A stretch of 60,318 nucleotides of DNA, filler included. It is 3 parts of 3 records of this genome, joined end to end, with 100 filler letters (N's around TTAATTAATTAA, not from the genome) between each part and the next. Parts side by side here need not be neighbours in the genome. Positions count along the whole stretch, not along the records: positions 50,104 to 60,318 come from SRR31156797_3465; 2 more parts are not named here. The stretch is one strand, 5' to 3'. The translations under genes and the position numbers were made by a program. Shown one piece after another: positions 57,407 through 60,318 of the stretch. Each line of letters opens with the position of its first letter. Positions within the stretch are counted from its first letter, which is position 1. The notes beneath the pieces are model-generated. The model had not been told where the DNA came from and did not search any database. It worked only from the letters and a program-made list of their open reading frames with translations.

Positions 57407-58637
57407 TAGAATGCATGGGACTCTGTCCCATATCATTGAAAACGGAATCATTCCAAATCTGAAGATCGAAGGTGACATAGCTTATACTGTAGATCCGGTC
57501 TACGGAATTGCACGTAACAGAGTCAATGCCGAATGCATCAAGACACTATTAAGAATGGATGATACTGAAGATGGAAAATATTCAGACATTGCCGGAAAGC
57601 TCCTGAACCATCTTCTTACAAAGCAGGCAGAGGATGGTTCATGGAATGAGATCCATACAAAATATGATCATCCTTCCGCTCTTATTACTTCCATTGTAGG
57701 CGAAGCACTTCTTGATGGTTTTACAGATCTTGAAAGACCAGACCTTGAAGAATCTCTCATACTCGCAAAAGATTACGTACTTACAAACCAGATCGAACCA
57801 GGATATTTCAGGAAATCCTCAGTATATGTTGCAGACCATCTGAATGTAGATGCTACATGTGGTGCTTTCCTGGCAAAATACGGCAAAGTATTCTCTGATC
57901 AGGAATGTCTGGAAGCTGCCAGAACAACGGCAGAACACATTTGCAAGTATCAGTTTGCAGATGGTGCTTTCCCATACACCAATCACGAGCATGGAAACTA
58001 CCAGTACGGACTTGAGATCCCATGCATCCACTACCAAGGGGTAACGATCTATTATCTGCTTAAGATCATTGAAGCCCTTGATACAGAAGAATTCGACCCA
58101 TATATCAAAAAAGGTCTTGAATGGCTGGCATCAGTACAAAGGAAAGATGGCAGATTCGACTGGTCTAAAAGTGGACTGATGTTTGCCTATTATCTCAGTG
58201 GTGCCTATGCATTTGCAATCCCATGTTTTCTTTATGGAACAAAATGGAATGAAACTTACATGGAAAGTGCACAAAAATCCATGTCAGTACTTGAATCCAA
58301 CGTGAAAGAAATAGCTAACAGATGGGAGTCTGTATCCATGTTGAATCTTCCACTGTCTGTTCTTACCACACTCAGAACAGCGAACATCGGTGATTATCCA
58401 ATCAAACACCGTTTATATCGTCTCGGATACGGAATGTACAGGCAGTATGCCAGAAGCCGATATTCCAACAATGTGAATCCCAGATTGTTTAATATTCTCT
58501 CATCGATGATGGGAATAAAAACATCTACAATAGAGCCAGACAACAATTTCCCTGATCTTTTTATGACCTCGGAGATACTGGATTGTTTGAGCTATTCACA
58601 AAATAATCATAATTATCAAAAAGGAGTTGTTTTATGA
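57390..58637 (+). CDS. Alpha/alpha-toroid protein with prenyltransferase-like QxxDGxW/F repeats
   Basis: QAEDGSW, QFADGAF, QRKDGRF. Confidence 0.7.
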   Translation: MQNLNDRMHGTLSHIIENGIIPNLKIEGDIAYTVDPVYGIARNRVNAECIKTLLRMDDTEDGKYSDIAGKLLNHLLTKQAEDGSWNEIHTKYDHPSALITSIVGEALLDGFTDLERPDLEESLILAKDYVLTNQIEPGYFRKSSVYVADHLNVDATCGAFLAKYGKVFSDQECLEAARTTAEHICKYQFADGAFPYTNHEHGNYQYGLEIPCIHYQGVTIYYLLKIIEALDTEEFDPYIKKGLEWLASVQRKDGRFDWSKSGLMFAYYLSGAYAFAIPCFLYGTKWNETYMESAQKSMSVLESNVKEIANRWESVSMLNLPLSVLTTLRTANIGDYPIKHRLYRLGYGMYRQYARSRYSNNVNPRLFNILSSMMGIKTSTIEPDNNFPDLFMTSEILDCLSYSQNNHNYQKGVVL

Positions 58638-60318
58638 AACAGGTTGTCCTGAATCTTAAAGGCGGAGACCTTACAGTTGAAGAAGTACCAATTCCCACAT
58701 TGAAAGGAAGCGGAGTGCTTGTAAGGAATCATTATTCAGTTATCAGTGCAGGTACAGAGTCAGGACTTGTAGACCTTGCCGAGAAATCCCTGATAGGAAA
58801 AGCAAGGGCCAGACCGGACCTTGCCAGGAAGGTCATTGATAAGGCCAAGAGAGATGGTCCTATTTCAGCATTCCAGCAGGCCATGGGACGACTTGAACAG
58901 AGGGAACCTCTAGGTTACAGTAGTGCAGGAACTGTTATTGCAGTCAGTGATGACATAAACGACATCAAGATAGGAGATTGCATTGCATGTGCAGGCGCAG
59001 GGTATGCGAACCATGCAGATGTTGTTTTCATACCAAGAAACCTGTGTGTCAAGGTCCCGGATAATGTTGACCTTAAAGATGCCTGTTTCACAACTGTTGG
59101 CGCCATTGCAATGCAGGGAGTTAGAAATGCTGACGTAAGAGTTGGCGAAAATGTTGTGGTCGTCGGCCTTGGACTTGTGGGACTCATAACCGTACAGATA
59201 CTAAAAGCAGCCGGATGCAGAGTATTTGGTGTTGATCTTGACGAAGCAAAAGTCAAGCTGGCCAAGGATATTGGAGCTGATGCTGCATTCTCAAGGAATT
59301 CCCCCAATATTGAAGAGAAGATCAACCAGTTCACCCGTGGAATTGGTGCTGATGTTACTATCATTGCTGCTGCCACGAAGTCAAATGACCCTGTGGACTT
59401 TGCCGCCAATGTTACAAGAGAGCGTGGAAAAGTGGTAATTGTAGGTCTTGTTGGCATGGATATTCCCAGAGAGGAATACTACAACAAGGAGATCGAACTG
59501 CGTGTATCAAGATCATACGGACCCGGACGATATGACCGCAATTACGAGGAATTCGGACAGGACTATCCTGCAGCATACGTTCGCTGGACAGAGAACAGGA
59601 ACATGGAATCCTTTGTGGACCTGCTTGCCATGAAGAAGTTCTCAATGGAGAAGATAATCACCCACGAATTCACAATTGAAAAAGCTCCTGAAGCCTACGA
59701 GATCATCAACGAAAGAAAGCCCTACCTCGGCATCGTACTGGAGTATGATACTAACAAAGAGATCGAGGACAAGGTCGTACTAAAAACACCTGAACCCTCA
59801 AAAAGCATCGACACCCCGGTAGTAGGAGTCATAGGTGCAGGAATCTTTGCAACCAGCACCCTACTACCAAACCTCGCCAAGATAAACGGCATCAAATTAA
59901 AGGCTCTCTCAGCAGCAAGCGGAATAAGCTGCGAATCCGTAGCCAAGAAATACGGTTTTGAATACTGTACTTCCGATTACCACAAGATAATGACAGACCC
60001 AGAGATCAACTGCGTGATAGCTGCAACAAGAAACAGCCTGCACGCCCCTCTTGTAATCGAAGCTCTCAAGAACAAAAGAGCCATCCTCGTAGAAAAACCC
60101 CTGGCCCTCACCGAAGAAGAACTCCAGGAGGTCACAGATACCTGGCAGGAACACGGCGGCCACGTCATGGTAGGCTTCAACAGACGATACTCAGAACTCG
60201 GAATGAAACTAAAGGATTTCTTCAAAGGCAGAACCCAACCCATGGTCGCATTCTACCGCGTCAACGCCGAATCCATCCCACTAGACCACTGGATCTACGA
60301 CCCCTCCGAAGGCGGTGG
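58634..60318 (+). CDS. Bi-domain oxidoreductase (MDR plus Gfo/Idh/MocA), runs off the window end; not in ORF track
   Basis: MKQVVLN..., SVISAGTE, PLGYSSAG, GLGLVG, SRSYGPGRYD, GVIGAG, VEKPLA, MVGFNRR. Confidence 0.88.
   Translation, partial: MKQVVLNLKGGDLTVEEVPIPTLKGSGVLVRNHYSVISAGTESGLVDLAEKSLIGKARARPDLARKVIDKAKRDGPISAFQQAMGRLEQREPLGYSSAGTVIAVSDDINDIKIGDCIACAGAGYANHADVVFIPRNLCVKVPDNVDLKDACFTTVGAIAMQGVRNADVRVGENVVVVGLGLVGLITVQILKAAGCRVFGVDLDEAKVKLAKDIGADAAFSRNSPNIEEKINQFTRGIGADVTIIAAATKSNDPVDFAANVTRERGKVVIVGLVGMDIPREEYYNKEIELRVSRSYGPGRYDRNYEEFGQDYPAAYVRWTENRNMESFVDLLAMKKFSMEKIITHEFTIEKAPEAYEIINERKPYLGIVLEYDTNKEIEDKVVLKTPEPSKSIDTPVVGVIGAGIFATSTLLPNLAKINGIKLKALSAASGISCESVAKKYGFEYCTSDYHKIMTDPEINCVIAATRNSLHAPLVIEALKNKRAILVEKPLALTEEELQEVTDTWQEHGGHVMVGFNRRYSELGMKLKDFFKGRTQPMVAFYRVNAESIPLDHWIYDPSEGG

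Noticed and set aside
58915-60243. Several minus-strand and short ORFs in the track
   Set aside because: Shadows of the long + strand oxidoreductase starting at 58634

Overview
The window is not one continuous locus. Two N-spacers with a TTAATTAATTAA linker (28937-29036, 50004-50103) join three contigs. (1) 1-28936 is the left part of a Bacteroidota temperate prophage. It starts at a 15-bp tRNA-Pro 3'-end remnant (probable att site) and continues through a CI/Cro-like switch, early genes, a primase-helicase, a repeat-rich putative origin, ClpP-like protease, capsid, terminase, portal, lysis genes and a DUF2829/Tad2-like gene. Between terL and portal lies an early-promoter island: SymE-like toxin with a predicted antisense RNA, an HsdM-like protein lacking its catalytic motif, an ArdC-like protein, two unknown genes and a terminal HTH. 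Its two promoters share an operator-like palindrome. This is the best candidate for an undescribed anti-defence system. A separate TGTCCTKTTT...TTTG motif precedes four late operons. (2) 29037-50003 is a Bacteroidota sulfated exopolysaccharide/capsule locus (cysD, cysNC, flippase, two sulfotransferases, GT4s, Wzy, radical SAM plus flavin reductase, Wzi, priming transferase), followed by cysQ and pgk. (3) 50104-60318 looks archaeal (Methanosarcinales-like). It holds an MNT-HEPN pair with an in-frame amber codon, ATPases and their remnants, a GNAT toxin-antitoxin pair between 28-bp repeats, and a glycosylation cluster. All calls come from reading motifs by eye; no database searches were run.
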